A stretch of 64,000 nt of DNA from IMG/VR virus record IMGVR_UViG_3300043788_000040, positions 96,001 to 160,000 of that record. One strand, written 5' to 3'. The notes under the pieces are model-generated. The model ran no database searches. It was given only the letters and a program-made list of their open reading frames with translations, and had not been told where the DNA came from. A program made the translations under genes and the position numbers. The stretch comes from a virus. This document shows, piece after piece, positions 29,325-38,480 of the stretch (the first letter of the stretch is position 1; the number at the start of each line of letters is the position of its first letter).

Positions 29325-30146
29325 ATGCGACGAGGAAGTAAGCCCGCTTTGATCTACGACGAGGTTCGCAAGAACGCAGACGGCAAACCGCTGCTTCTCG
29401 GCATCAACCTTTCCTCGGACTTTTGCGCCGAGCACGAGTGGGGCATCAAGGACATCAAGTCCGCTTTTGGCATCCCCGAAAAAGGTTACGGCTTGAAGCG
29501 CCGCCAGATCACAGCTACGCCCAAAGGACTTGCATGGGTGAAGTACGCTGCCAAGACCTACATGGGACGTTACGACGTGGAACGAGGTTTGGCGAAGAAG
29601 GTTGGGGATGTGACTCTCAAGAACGAGGGCTTTGTCTTCCATGGCTGGTACGGATTGGAGCCAGAGAAGATGGCGGTCTCCAGCGAGTTGTCTGGCGCTG
29701 GTCTCCGGGGCGCATGGTCGGACGACGATTTCGCTGCCGTGTCCAGCAGCCCGGAGGACATCGTCGCCCTCAAGGAAATTTTCTCCGCGTTTGAAAACAA
29801 AAACATCGCTGTCTGCTTCTCCGCTGCACTGCCCGCTTTTGACAACGCAGGTCTCGTCTTCGCCATCGCCGACCGCCTGCCCGAGAGTGTCACCGAAGAT
29901 TGGGACAAGTACGACCGGGAACAGGAGAAGATCAAGAAAGAGTTCACGGCGACTGGTATTGAGAAGCTTCTCGCCGATGCGGGCAAGCGGTACTATGCCC
30001 TTTCACCACGCCGCCGTGACGACGGTAGTCTGTGGTACTGGCTGAACCCTATGGAACAGCAGCAGCACAACTACGGCTGGTTCACTCTTGAAGACCTTCA
30101 GGCATGGGCACGCAACGAAGGTCCGATCCCGATGAAGCAAAAGTAG
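29325..30146 (+). CDS. Hypothetical phage protein
   Basis: AAGGAG RBS; motifs DFCAEHEWGI and WLNPMEQ. Confidence 0.8.
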   Translation: MRRGSKPALIYDEVRKNADGKPLLLGINLSSDFCAEHEWGIKDIKSAFGIPEKGYGLKRRQITATPKGLAWVKYAAKTYMGRYDVERGLAKKVGDVTLKNEGFVFHGWYGLEPEKMAVSSELSGAGLRGAWSDDDFAAVSSSPEDIVALKEIFSAFENKNIAVCFSAALPAFDNAGLVFAIADRLPESVTEDWDKYDREQEKIKKEFTATGIEKLLADAGKRYYALSPRRRDDGSLWYWLNPMEQQQHNYGWFTLEDLQAWARNEGPIPMKQK

Positions 30147-30159
30147 TTCAGTATTAGAC

Positions 30160-30570
30160 GTGATGGAAAGACCATCACGAATCATTGACGCAATCCGTGC
30201 TGAACTCGGACCGCACCTCGTCAAATCCAACTACCGCAAATTTCTCCCCAAGGACGCCAAGCCGTCGTGGGGCACCTGCTACGTGGCGTCCGAAGCCCTG
30301 TACCACTTGTGGGGTAAAGAGAATGGCTTCACGCCCGTCCGCATACCGTACAAGGTCAATCGCACTATGAACGGGCAGCACTGGTTCCTTGAGCATAGGC
30401 CTTCGGGGTTCCAAGTGGACATCACGGCAGACCAGTTCACAAAGTCCCCGCCGAACCGGGTGCCGGACTGGACGAAGGCGGTTCCAGCCGGATTCCTTAC
30501 CAAAAAGCCCTCCAAACGTGCCCAACAGATCATTGACGTCGTCCGCAAAAAATTTCAGTTTGATAATTGA
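30160..30570 (+). CDS. Hypothetical protein with Cys-His-Asp triad (papain/transglutaminase-like)
   Basis: GTCYVASEALY...HWFL...VDITADQF. Confidence 0.6.
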   Translation: MMERPSRIIDAIRAELGPHLVKSNYRKFLPKDAKPSWGTCYVASEALYHLWGKENGFTPVRIPYKVNRTMNGQHWFLEHRPSGFQVDITADQFTKSPPNRVPDWTKAVPAGFLTKKPSKRAQQIIDVVRKKFQFDN

Positions 30571-30595
30571 CAGAATCCCCTAACTACGGTATTCT
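30567..30595 (+). promoter_or_regulatory. Sigma70-type promoter for the Y RNA/Ro60 locus
   Basis: TTGACA-N17-TATTCT. Confidence 0.7.
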
Positions 30596-30664
30596 CCCTT
30601 AGAGAGACTTTGACGGTGGCGTTTCCCTGCGTCCGCAGGGCGACATCCCCTCTTAGCAATTTTG

Positions 30665-30766
30665 GTCGTGCAGCGGTGTTTAGCTGACGGATACTTCTTC
30701 CAATGAACAGCCCGCTAGGGCTGCGGAGGCTTGCCTCCTTTCCGTTGCTTATTGTTCCCTGCCGAC
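30665..30766 (+). ncRNA. Y-RNA-like RNA 1
   Basis: Ends pair; shares 5' GTGCRGCGGT..ACGG.TACTTC and 3' CCG..GC.TATTGTTCCC.GC blocks with copy 2; two internal hairpins; upstream of TROVE. Confidence 0.7.
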
Positions 30767-30775
30767 AATTCTTGT

Positions 30776-30901
30776 GTGCGGCGGTTTTTGGTTACGGTTA
30801 CTTCTGCCTGTAAAGCAGACGAGCGGGGTTCGACCCCCCGGCGACCCGTGAGGGTCGTGGCGTGGGCCTAGTCAAATACCGAAGCCTATTGTTCCCCGCA
30901 C
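30776..30901 (+). ncRNA. Y-RNA-like RNA 2 with permuted tRNA-mimic domain (YrlA-like)
   Basis: T-arm CGGGG-TTCGACC-CCCCG, capped acceptor GCGACCC-GTGA-GGGTCGT, anticodon-like arm TCTGC-CTGTAAA-GCAGA. Confidence 0.8.
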
Positions 30902-31019
30902 CTAATTTCACTCAGCACCAAACGGGACGCTTGCATGAGTACGCTGCCCGTGCTGTTGCCGAAACATGGCGTAGAACCAAGCGATAGGCACAGCAAATTT
31001 TAGTTCAAAGAGGTGAACT

Positions 31020-32450
31020 ATGGCATCACTCAACACTGCAACGAAGACTGCAAAGACTGCAATCAAGACCGCCGAGGGCGGCAAGGCTGTCAACATTGGC
31101 AAGGCGCTTCAGCTTCAGCGCTTGCTGAACGCATGCCTCCTGTGGGAGGACAACTTTTACTCTGACGGCGAGTCCGTCGCCAACGCGATGCGCAAGCTCG
31201 TGCGTGAGGTTCCTGCCGAGAAGGTCGCCGAACTCGCGATCAAGGCTCGTGAAGAGCAGAAGCTTCGCCACGCCCCGCTGCTCATCGTGTACGAGATGAC
31301 CCTCGCCTCCAAGTCTCACCGTGAGCTTGTCGGGGAGACGCTCGCCCGTGTGGTTCAGCGCCCGGACGAGATCACTGAGTTCGTGGCGATCTACTACAAG
31401 CTTGGCGGCGGGAAGCGTCCGCTCTCCAAGCAGGTCAAGAAGGGTCTGGCCGCAGCCTTCAACAAGTTCAACGAGTACTCGCTCGCAAAGTACAACCGTG
31501 ATAAGGACATCAAGCTCGCGGACGTGCTGGCGCTCGTTCACCCGAAGCCGAAGGACAAGGAACAGGGTCTTCTTTTCGCGAAGCTTGCGAACAAGGATCA
31601 CCTGCCGAAGAAGACGAAGTACGCCGCGTTTCCGGTGGCTAACACCTACCGTGCGCTCGCAAAGAACTTCGTCGGCCTCGTCACGCCGGACACTTGGGAG
31701 GTCGCACTCTCTGGTGGAGCGGACAAGAAGGAGACTTTCACTCGTCTCATCGCCGAGGACAAGCTTGGTGGTCTGGCAATGATCCGCAACCTGCGCAACA
31801 TGCAGGAAGCGGGCGTGTCGGATGCGGTCATCAAGCAGGGTCTCTCGCAGATGAACGCTGAGCGTGTGCTTCCGTTCCGCTTCATCTCGGCGGCGAAGTA
31901 CGCTCCGAAGTTTGAGCAGCACCTTGAGGCAGCGATGTTCAAGTGCCTTGAGGGCTTCTCCAAGCTGAAGGGCAAGACTGTGCTGCTCGTGGACGTTTCT
32001 GGTTCCATGGACAACAAGGTCGGCGGCAAGTCTGATCTCCAGCGTGTGGACGCAGCCGTAGCTCTCGCAATGTTGCTCCGTGAGATCGGCGAGGACGTGG
32101 TTGTCTACTCGTTCTCGGACAATGAGGTTCTCGTTCCGACTCGTCGTGGCTTCGGCCTCGCTGAGGCGATCAAGAAGTCTCAGCGCCACTCCGGCACCTA
32201 CCTTGGTCGCTCTTTGACTGCGGTGGCTCGTGCCGAGAATGACGCAGACCGTGTCATTGTGATCTCGGACGAACAGGCTCACGATAACGTCTCCAACCCG
32301 TTCCACAAGACCGGGACGAAGGCATACATGCTCAACGTCGCTTCTGAAAAGAACGGCGTCGGCTACAAGAACGGCTGGAACCACATTGATGGCTGGTCTG
32401 AAGCTTGCGTTGACTATATCCTCGCGGAGGAAGGTTCTTCCCGCGACTAA
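31020..32450 (+). CDS. rsr: Ro60/TROVE-domain RNA-binding protein with vWA domain
   Basis: LLWEDNFY, RPDEITE, FNEYSLAKY, TWEVALS, IRNLRNM, LPFRF; vWA LVDVSGSM and ISDEQ. Confidence 0.93.
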   Translation: MASLNTATKTAKTAIKTAEGGKAVNIGKALQLQRLLNACLLWEDNFYSDGESVANAMRKLVREVPAEKVAELAIKAREEQKLRHAPLLIVYEMTLASKSHRELVGETLARVVQRPDEITEFVAIYYKLGGGKRPLSKQVKKGLAAAFNKFNEYSLAKYNRDKDIKLADVLALVHPKPKDKEQGLLFAKLANKDHLPKKTKYAAFPVANTYRALAKNFVGLVTPDTWEVALSGGADKKETFTRLIAEDKLGGLAMIRNLRNMQEAGVSDAVIKQGLSQMNAERVLPFRFISAAKYAPKFEQHLEAAMFKCLEGFSKLKGKTVLLVDVSGSMDNKVGGKSDLQRVDAAVALAMLLREIGEDVVVYSFSDNEVLVPTRRGFGLAEAIKKSQRHSGTYLGRSLTAVARAENDADRVIVISDEQAHDNVSNPFHKTGTKAYMLNVASEKNGVGYKNGWNHIDGWSEACVDYILAEEGSSRD

Positions 32451-32456
32451 CACAAA

Positions 32457-32481
32457 GGGGGCACCGAAAGTGCCCCCTTTT
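32457..32481 (+). terminator. Rho-independent terminator after Ro60
   Basis: GGGGGCAC-CGAAA-GTGCCCCC-TTTT, also A-rich upstream (possibly bidirectional). Confidence 0.8.
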
Positions 32482-32495
32482 GCATCTAAGGACAT

Positions 32496-32894
32496 GTGGA
32501 CATAGAGAAGCTGGATGCTTCGTGGAAACGTACCGAAGCTCAGTGGAACAAAGCGAAGCGTTTCTGGCACAAGTGCAAGGTTGTAATAGGCACTATCATT
32601 TTCATCGGGATTGTGATCGCCGCAATAGTGGGCATCCCGTACCTCGTTTGGGACATAGCAGTGCATCCCGTGCAGCGACAGGCGTTCGGGCATGGCGTGG
32701 TCATCAATGCAAGGTGGTACCTGCTGTGGGCTGTCGTAAGTTGGGTTGTAAGCTGGGTGGTGGGCAAGTTTCATCGCAAGAAGTCCACTGAGCCAGAGGA
32801 GATTGAAAGTGGCACATTACCACAAGAGAGTATTCAAGGCAGTCAACCGAAAGATCGACGGAAAAACCACCGTCGTGTACAAAGAAGGCGTTAA
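32496..32894 (+). CDS. Hypothetical membrane protein
   Basis: Two TM segments. Confidence 0.6.
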   Translation: MDIEKLDASWKRTEAQWNKAKRFWHKCKVVIGTIIFIGIVIAAIVGIPYLVWDIAVHPVQRQAFGHGVVINARWYLLWAVVSWVVSWVVGKFHRKKSTEPEEIESGTLPQESIQGSQPKDRRKNHRRVQRRR

Positions 32895-33227
32895 CGGCAC
32901 AGGGATCACCCTGCCGTTCATTTGCGGGTTCTGCCGGGATCGTGACGGCAACCCGACATTCGCGTGCCGCACGCAAAACGAGCGGAACCATCACGCGTTG
33001 GACTGCCCCGACAAGGGCTAAGATCACGGCGGGCGGTGCTAGAAACGCTTACTTCACCGTCAAAGCGAAAACAGCGTTTCACCTTTGTTCCCCCGCCATC
33101 AGTATTAGAAAAGATCAGAGGGTCTGGAAAGAAAACGGAGAATGGGACGCCCAGACAAGCACCACGGGCTGATACCTCACCCGCCGTCTGAAGAGGCTCC
33201 CATTCATGGTGGGAGCCTCGGTACTTT

Positions 33228-33776
33228 ATGGGCATAATTTACAAAGCCACCAATACCGTTAACGGCAAAGTCTATGTCGGCAAGACGGTACTCACCCTCT
33301 CTCAACGCATCCGCAAGCACCAAGCCGTAAGGAAACATCCTCGCCAAGTCATCCAGAAAGCTCTCGCTAAATACGGATTTGACAAGTTCACGTGGACAGT
33401 GTTGGAGGCCGTATCGGACGAAGCCCTAAACGACGCAGAGAAACGGTGGATTGCTGCTCTCAACTCTACGCACACGAACATCGGGTATAACCGATCTGAG
33501 GGTGGAGACGGAGGTCGGCGAACTGTTCCAGACTCTCCTGAGACTAGACGCAAAAAGTCCGTGGGTATGCGCGGAAAGCAGAATGCAAAAGGACTTAGAA
33601 AAACTCCAATGTCACAGGCTCATAAAGACGCCATAGCACTCGCCAATAAAAATCCTGAGAATGGACGTATTCAAGGACGCAAAAATACTGAAAACGGACA
33701 CATGCAAAAAATGCGACATATCCGTTGGCATGTTCACCGTGGTATTATTATGCCTAGCTGTTCTTTGTGCCAATGA
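33228..33776 (+). CDS. GIY-YIG homing endonuclease with NUMOD3-like motifs
   Basis: GIIYKATNTVNGKVYVGKT...GYN.SEGG; SPETRRKKS. Confidence 0.9.
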   Translation: MGIIYKATNTVNGKVYVGKTVLTLSQRIRKHQAVRKHPRQVIQKALAKYGFDKFTWTVLEAVSDEALNDAEKRWIAALNSTHTNIGYNRSEGGDGGRRTVPDSPETRRKKSVGMRGKQNAKGLRKTPMSQAHKDAIALANKNPENGRIQGRKNTENGHMQKMRHIRWHVHRGIIMPSCSLCQ

Positions 33777-33789
33777 ATGGACACTCTCG

Positions 33790-34158
33790 ATGAAATTTTC
33801 ACGGATGTTACTGGCTTCAATTTTTCTCGCCTTGCCATTGCTGATTGCCGCCCCTAAACCTAAGAAGGGACAGACACAACCGGACGCAAAGCGTGTCGCC
33901 GAGATTCAACAAGCCCTCACCGATCACGGCTACGATCCAGGTAAGACTTGGCGGGAGACGAGGGCAACTTGCCGCAAAATCGCCGACGAACACGGCTGGC
34001 AAAACATGTTTGCACCTGATTCCCGAGTGCTTTTCTTGTTAGGCCTCGCACCGAACCTCAACTTGACGGAGGCAGACCTGAAACCCAACAGTCTAGACGA
34101 GGACGAACGCAAGTGGGTTGAGCAACACGGCGGCGAGCAAGCGAGAGATGCGGAATGA
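33790..34158 (+). CDS. Secreted protein with peptidoglycan-binding-like domain
   Basis: Signal peptide; RVAEIQQALTDHGY...PDSRVLFLLGL. Confidence 0.6.
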   Translation: MKFSRMLLASIFLALPLLIAAPKPKKGQTQPDAKRVAEIQQALTDHGYDPGKTWRETRATCRKIADEHGWQNMFAPDSRVLFLLGLAPNLNLTEADLKPNSLDEDERKWVEQHGGEQARDAE

Positions 34159-34613
34159 GCAGGAAGGTCGGATTCACGGGCACGCACAAGGGCGCTCGTC
34201 TCGCCGAGCTTGAGGCGTTGTCGGAGAAACTGCAAGCCCTCAAGGAAGCGGGCTTTGACGAATTCCACCACGGCATGTGCATCGGAGCCGACGAGCAAGC
34301 CGCCCGGATCGCGAAGGTGATCGGTTTCCGTGTGGTCGCCCATCCCGGCTTGGCGAAAGACCCAACGAACCTGATGTACCGCTCCGAGTGGGATGGAAAC
34401 GACGAGGTGCGTGAGGCGAAGCCGTTCATTGAACGTGACCACGACATCGTGGACGAAACCGAGATCATGCTCGCCACGCCTCTGACGCACGAAGAAACTA
34501 TCCGATCTGGAACTTGGACAACGGTGCGCTACGCAAGGAAGCAGGGACGTGTGGAAGGAACCACGCTGCACGTGATCAAACCAGCATGGGAACCGCCGAG
34601 GTGGGCACGATGA
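34155..34613 (+). CDS. SLOG-superfamily (DprA/YspA-like) protein
   Basis: VGFTGT, FHHGMCIGAD, RDHDIVD, SGTWTTVRYA. Confidence 0.7.
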   Translation: MSRKVGFTGTHKGARLAELEALSEKLQALKEAGFDEFHHGMCIGADEQAARIAKVIGFRVVAHPGLAKDPTNLMYRSEWDGNDEVREAKPFIERDHDIVDETEIMLATPLTHEETIRSGTWTTVRYARKQGRVEGTTLHVIKPAWEPPRWAR

Positions 34614-35348
34614 GCATCAAGGAAAACCGATTCGGTGGAGTCATGATTGAGTACGGTGCGATCACAGCGCTGTTTGAGGACATCCCAGCGTCCGAGGTCA
34701 GCGTCACGTCCGGCGCACAGTCGGCGTTTAATGCCGCTCGTGCCTTCATCAAAGAGATGGTCGCCAATCAGTGCAAGCTCGCCGGGTGCAAGTTGACCGG
34801 GCATCCCTACGGCGAGGGGGATGAACACTCGCACGAGTGCTGGTTCGGTATGAGGCGGGACTTCTACGCGGATAGGAACGCAAAACGTGGATAAGGCTAC
34901 TGAAGAAAAGCAGTGGGAACTCTGCGGCTTCTGCGGAGCGCAGAAGGTACCAGACCAGCGCATCGTCGCCGAAGCCGGGGAAGAGTACGCCCGCCAGCAT
35001 CAGTACTACGTCTGCCCCAACGCCGGGTGCAGCAAGCTCAACAAGCATTCCGAATGCCTGCGTATGCCGTTCGTGGACGGGGCGTACTACCACGGGATTT
35101 GCCGCAACGCAAGAGTCGCCCGCTATGTGGCTGCGACCAACCGCTTCGTGTACATGCGCCAGAAGTTCGGCTCCGTCTTTCCAGAGGGTATCGGACACGC
35201 CGAGAACGACAACGGCTTTGACCTGTTCAAACCCTTCGGTCTGCTGGAAGCGCCGCCCTTTGACATCCCGCAACTGACTGAGATTTGACGACTTAAATCA
35301 CTAGCCAAAACTCGTCTCTTGGCTGTATACTACGGCTGGAGGCGACTC

Positions 35349-35765
35349 ATGTACATTGGGACAATCGTCAACGACGGCGAGATCAAGGACGTTGACCGCT
35401 TCGTCGTCAACACCGTAACTGGCAAGAAGCTTGACCTGAATGCAAGTCTCAAGATCGTGAACCACTCCCCCACGGGCTTTTGCTGGGGGTACGCAGGTTC
35501 GGGTCCAGCGCAACTCGCGCTCGCCATTATGCTTGACTACTTCAAGGGCGACCGTGAACGTGCCCTGTCGTTGTATCAAGATTTCAAGTTCAAGGTCATT
35601 GCCCGGCTTCCGATGGACAACGACTTCTCGCTCACCGACCGGGAAGTAGAGAACGCCATCACCGAGATTGACATTGCGAGGATGCGAGCATCCGAAGGCT
35701 CGCCCTCCCGAATCAAGGACGACCCCGACGAAATGGAAAGACTGATTCAACGGGATAGCCAGTAA
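35349..35765 (+). CDS. DUF6166-like protein
   Basis: NHSPTGFCWGYAGSGPAQLALAI...YQDFKF. Confidence 0.75.
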   Translation: MYIGTIVNDGEIKDVDRFVVNTVTGKKLDLNASLKIVNHSPTGFCWGYAGSGPAQLALAIMLDYFKGDRERALSLYQDFKFKVIARLPMDNDFSLTDREVENAITEIDIARMRASEGSPSRIKDDPDEMERLIQRDSQ

Positions 35766-35767
35766 CC

Positions 35768-36319
35768 ATGAGTAAGACGTTACCGCTGCGGTATTGGAAT
35801 GACCCCATTTTGTCCGTGATCTGTGATAAGATCGGGGACGGCGAATTCGGCTCGCAGCTTGAGGAATTCGGGCGGGAACTCGTCACCACCATGACCGCAA
35901 AGAACGGCATCGGGCTGGCGGCACCGCAGGTCGGCGTGGCGAAGCGTATGTTCGCCATGGGATTCCCCGATCACCGGGAAAAAGACCCGATTGTAGTTTG
36001 CAATCCGATGCTGGTTCTGAACGGCGGGACGACAGCGGAACGTGAAGGTTGCCTCTCGCTGCCGAATGTCTACCAGCAGGTGTACCGAGCGGCGGGTGCC
36101 ACGATGCAGTACCAAGACCCGACCGGGAAGCACTTTGAGATGCTGCTGACCACGGCTTGGGATGCGAGAGTTGCGCAGCACGAATTTGACCATTTGAACG
36201 GCATCATGTTCTTTGACTTCAAGGACAAGCGCCCGGAACCTTGGGGCGCAAGAATGAGTAAGCAGATGAGCAAGACAGTCCTTCGGGAGTGGGAGAAAAT
36301 GAAGCAGAAGGGATTTTGA
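35768..36319 (+). CDS. def: Peptide deformylase
   Basis: GIGLAAPQVG, EGCLSLP, QHEFDHLNG. Confidence 0.95.
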   Translation: MSKTLPLRYWNDPILSVICDKIGDGEFGSQLEEFGRELVTTMTAKNGIGLAAPQVGVAKRMFAMGFPDHREKDPIVVCNPMLVLNGGTTAEREGCLSLPNVYQQVYRAAGATMQYQDPTGKHFEMLLTTAWDARVAQHEFDHLNGIMFFDFKDKRPEPWGARMSKQMSKTVLREWEKMKQKGF

Positions 36320-36693
36320 TATGGCAACAACCGACTTAGACGGCACGAACCTGATGCTCCTGCGTGAGGGTACACTGGTGACTCTTGTCCTCGGGGACAA
36401 AAGCTACATGGGCACGCTCAAGATGCGCAAGACAGAGTCTCAGGAAAGCTGGTACATCTCGCTGGCGGACGGCGGTGAGATTGAGATTCACAAGCGTGAG
36501 GGTACGGCAACCGCATGATCACAGGCACGCTTGATCTACCGAAAATGGATGGAATGGAAGTTCGCCCCGGAGTTGTGCTGATCGGAGAGCCGACGCCGAT
36601 GCCCGGCAGCGACAAGCTGCGGTGCTTGGCGAATGTTTTGGGTGCTTTGTGCGTTGTGGAACTGAGCCTCAAATTTAAGGACAAGGCAGCGGA

Positions 36694-37821
36694 ATGAAGA
36701 ACGAATTCACAGAACAGCGATTTGACTACTCGCAGGGACGTCCCAACGCCCCGGAGTTGACCATCACTGTCGGTCTGTCCGGCTGTGGTAAGTCCACGTG
36801 GGCGAAGCAGGAAGTAACCCGGAACCGTGGCGACATCGTGCGCCTGAACCGTGACGATATGCGCAAGATGCTGTTCGCTGACGTGCCGTGGAACTCGTTC
36901 AACGAGAACCTCGTGCGCAACTGGCAGCAGGAAGGCGCTCGTCAGGCGCTCCAGATGGGCAAGAACGTGATCATTGACGACACCAACTGCGTCCGGCGCA
37001 CCCGGCAGGGTTGGGAAGAGTTTGCACAGAAGAACTTTGTCAAGCTGCGCATCGTGACGTTCAACACGGACTTCAAGGTCTGCGTTGAGCGTGACAAGGG
37101 ACGTGGAGTGATTTGCACCGCATGCGGCAAGGCTAACGGCGTAATGGTCGGTGAGGGCGTGATCGCAAAGCAGCGGAAGGATTTGGGTGACAACAAGGTG
37201 AAGGACAAGACTCCAAAGGTTTACAAGCTGACTCGTCCGTTCTTTGAGCGTACTGAGTACCTCAAGAACGGCGGGTGGGTCACCCGTCTGCCCAACGCCA
37301 AGTGGGTGTTGGTGGACGTGGACGGCACGCTGGCGACCTTCACAGCCAAGGACGGCACCTCGCTTCGGGGTCCGTTTGAAGAGCACAAGGTGCTCGTTGA
37401 CGAACTCATAGAGTCCGTCGCCGAGATGGTTCGGTCGCTGTACCCGACTCATAACGTCTGCATAATGTCCGGTCGCCACGACTTCTGCGGCGACGACACC
37501 TGCGACTGGCTGGAGATGAACGCTGTCCCGTTTGACCACATACTGATGCGATACAGTGGGGACAACCGCTCCGACGCTGTCGTCAAGCAGGAGTTGCTGG
37601 ACGAACTCACTGCCGTGATAGGCAAGGACAACGTGGCGTTCGTGATAGACGACCGCCCACGTGTCTGCGACATGTGGAGGGGCAACGGTCTCACGGTGAA
37701 GCAGGTTTACGCCGGAGAGGTCTTGGAGAACCCGACCGTCAAGCACGCAGACGGCTGCGCCTACGAGAATCAGAAGGGTTACAGGCGTTGCCCCGATTGC
37801 GGAGCATTGGAGTATTTTTGA
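36694..37821 (+). CDS. pseT: Polynucleotide 5'-kinase/3'-phosphatase (T4 PseT-like)
   Basis: GLSGCGKST, LNRDDMR, IIDDTN; HAD DVDGTLA, SGR, IDDRP. Confidence 0.92.
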   Translation: MKNEFTEQRFDYSQGRPNAPELTITVGLSGCGKSTWAKQEVTRNRGDIVRLNRDDMRKMLFADVPWNSFNENLVRNWQQEGARQALQMGKNVIIDDTNCVRRTRQGWEEFAQKNFVKLRIVTFNTDFKVCVERDKGRGVICTACGKANGVMVGEGVIAKQRKDLGDNKVKDKTPKVYKLTRPFFERTEYLKNGGWVTRLPNAKWVLVDVDGTLATFTAKDGTSLRGPFEEHKVLVDELIESVAEMVRSLYPTHNVCIMSGRHDFCGDDTCDWLEMNAVPFDHILMRYSGDNRSDAVVKQELLDELTAVIGKDNVAFVIDDRPRVCDMWRGNGLTVKQVYAGEVLENPTVKHADGCAYENQKGYRRCPDCGALEYF

Positions 37822-38480
37822 TGATCCCTTACGGCGGTCCCGTCATTAAACCTCCGGTGCAGCGGGTAGACCCGCCGTCCCCGAGGGAGCGGCGACAGAC
37901 GCAAAGGCTATTGCTTCTGTGTGTGTTGTTCGCAGCGGGTTTGTATCTTCTGCTGGTCGGCTTTGGCGAGGATGGCTTCAACGAATCCTTCGTCCAGTCG
38001 TACCAGCACTACCTCGCCAGCATAGGATTTTTTGCAGCTTGGCTGGCGGTTAAAATATGCTGGACGAAAGAGTAGTCTGATGACCCTGAAAGAGATCGTC
38101 AAGGACAACAACAAGGCGCTGTTCTCCCACTACCGTGACGGGAACTTCTTCTACGTCGTGGAAGTGGGAGGCAAGCGCTACAGCTTCCCCATCTCGCTTG
38201 AGGAAGCCAAGGGCGCTACGCTGTTCGCCGAGTTCAAGGCGATCACGCTCATGCGCTGGATTCGCAAGGCGCTTGAAGCCAAAACATTCCAACTGGCGAG
38301 GTAACCGCATGTCCGAGATTGCCGACATCAAGCAGAGGCGGGAAGTGGTAGAAGCTAGCTTGGAACTCAACGGATACGTTGAGGACTTGCGCAACAAATT
38401 CAAACTGTCGCCGTTGCAGATAGTGGTATTGCTGCAAGAACAGGCGCAGATTTACCTCAAGGCAGTGGCACGGAGGGCAC

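Noticed and set aside
30776-30901. Canonical tRNA-Tyr gene
   Set aside because: The arm order is permuted and the acceptor is closed by a tetraloop.
30665-30901. CRISPR array
   Set aside because: Only two degenerate, self-pairing units; no repeat-spacer periodicity and no cas genes.
31026-32774. 582-aa minus-strand ORF
   Set aside because: Antisense shadow of the Ro60 gene; no motifs; explained by codon bias.
33228-33776. Group I intron around the GIY-YIG gene
   Set aside because: No interrupted host gene or recognisable intron core in the flanks; appears free-standing.
36418-37746. 442-aa minus-strand ORF
   Set aside because: Antisense shadow of the PNK gene.
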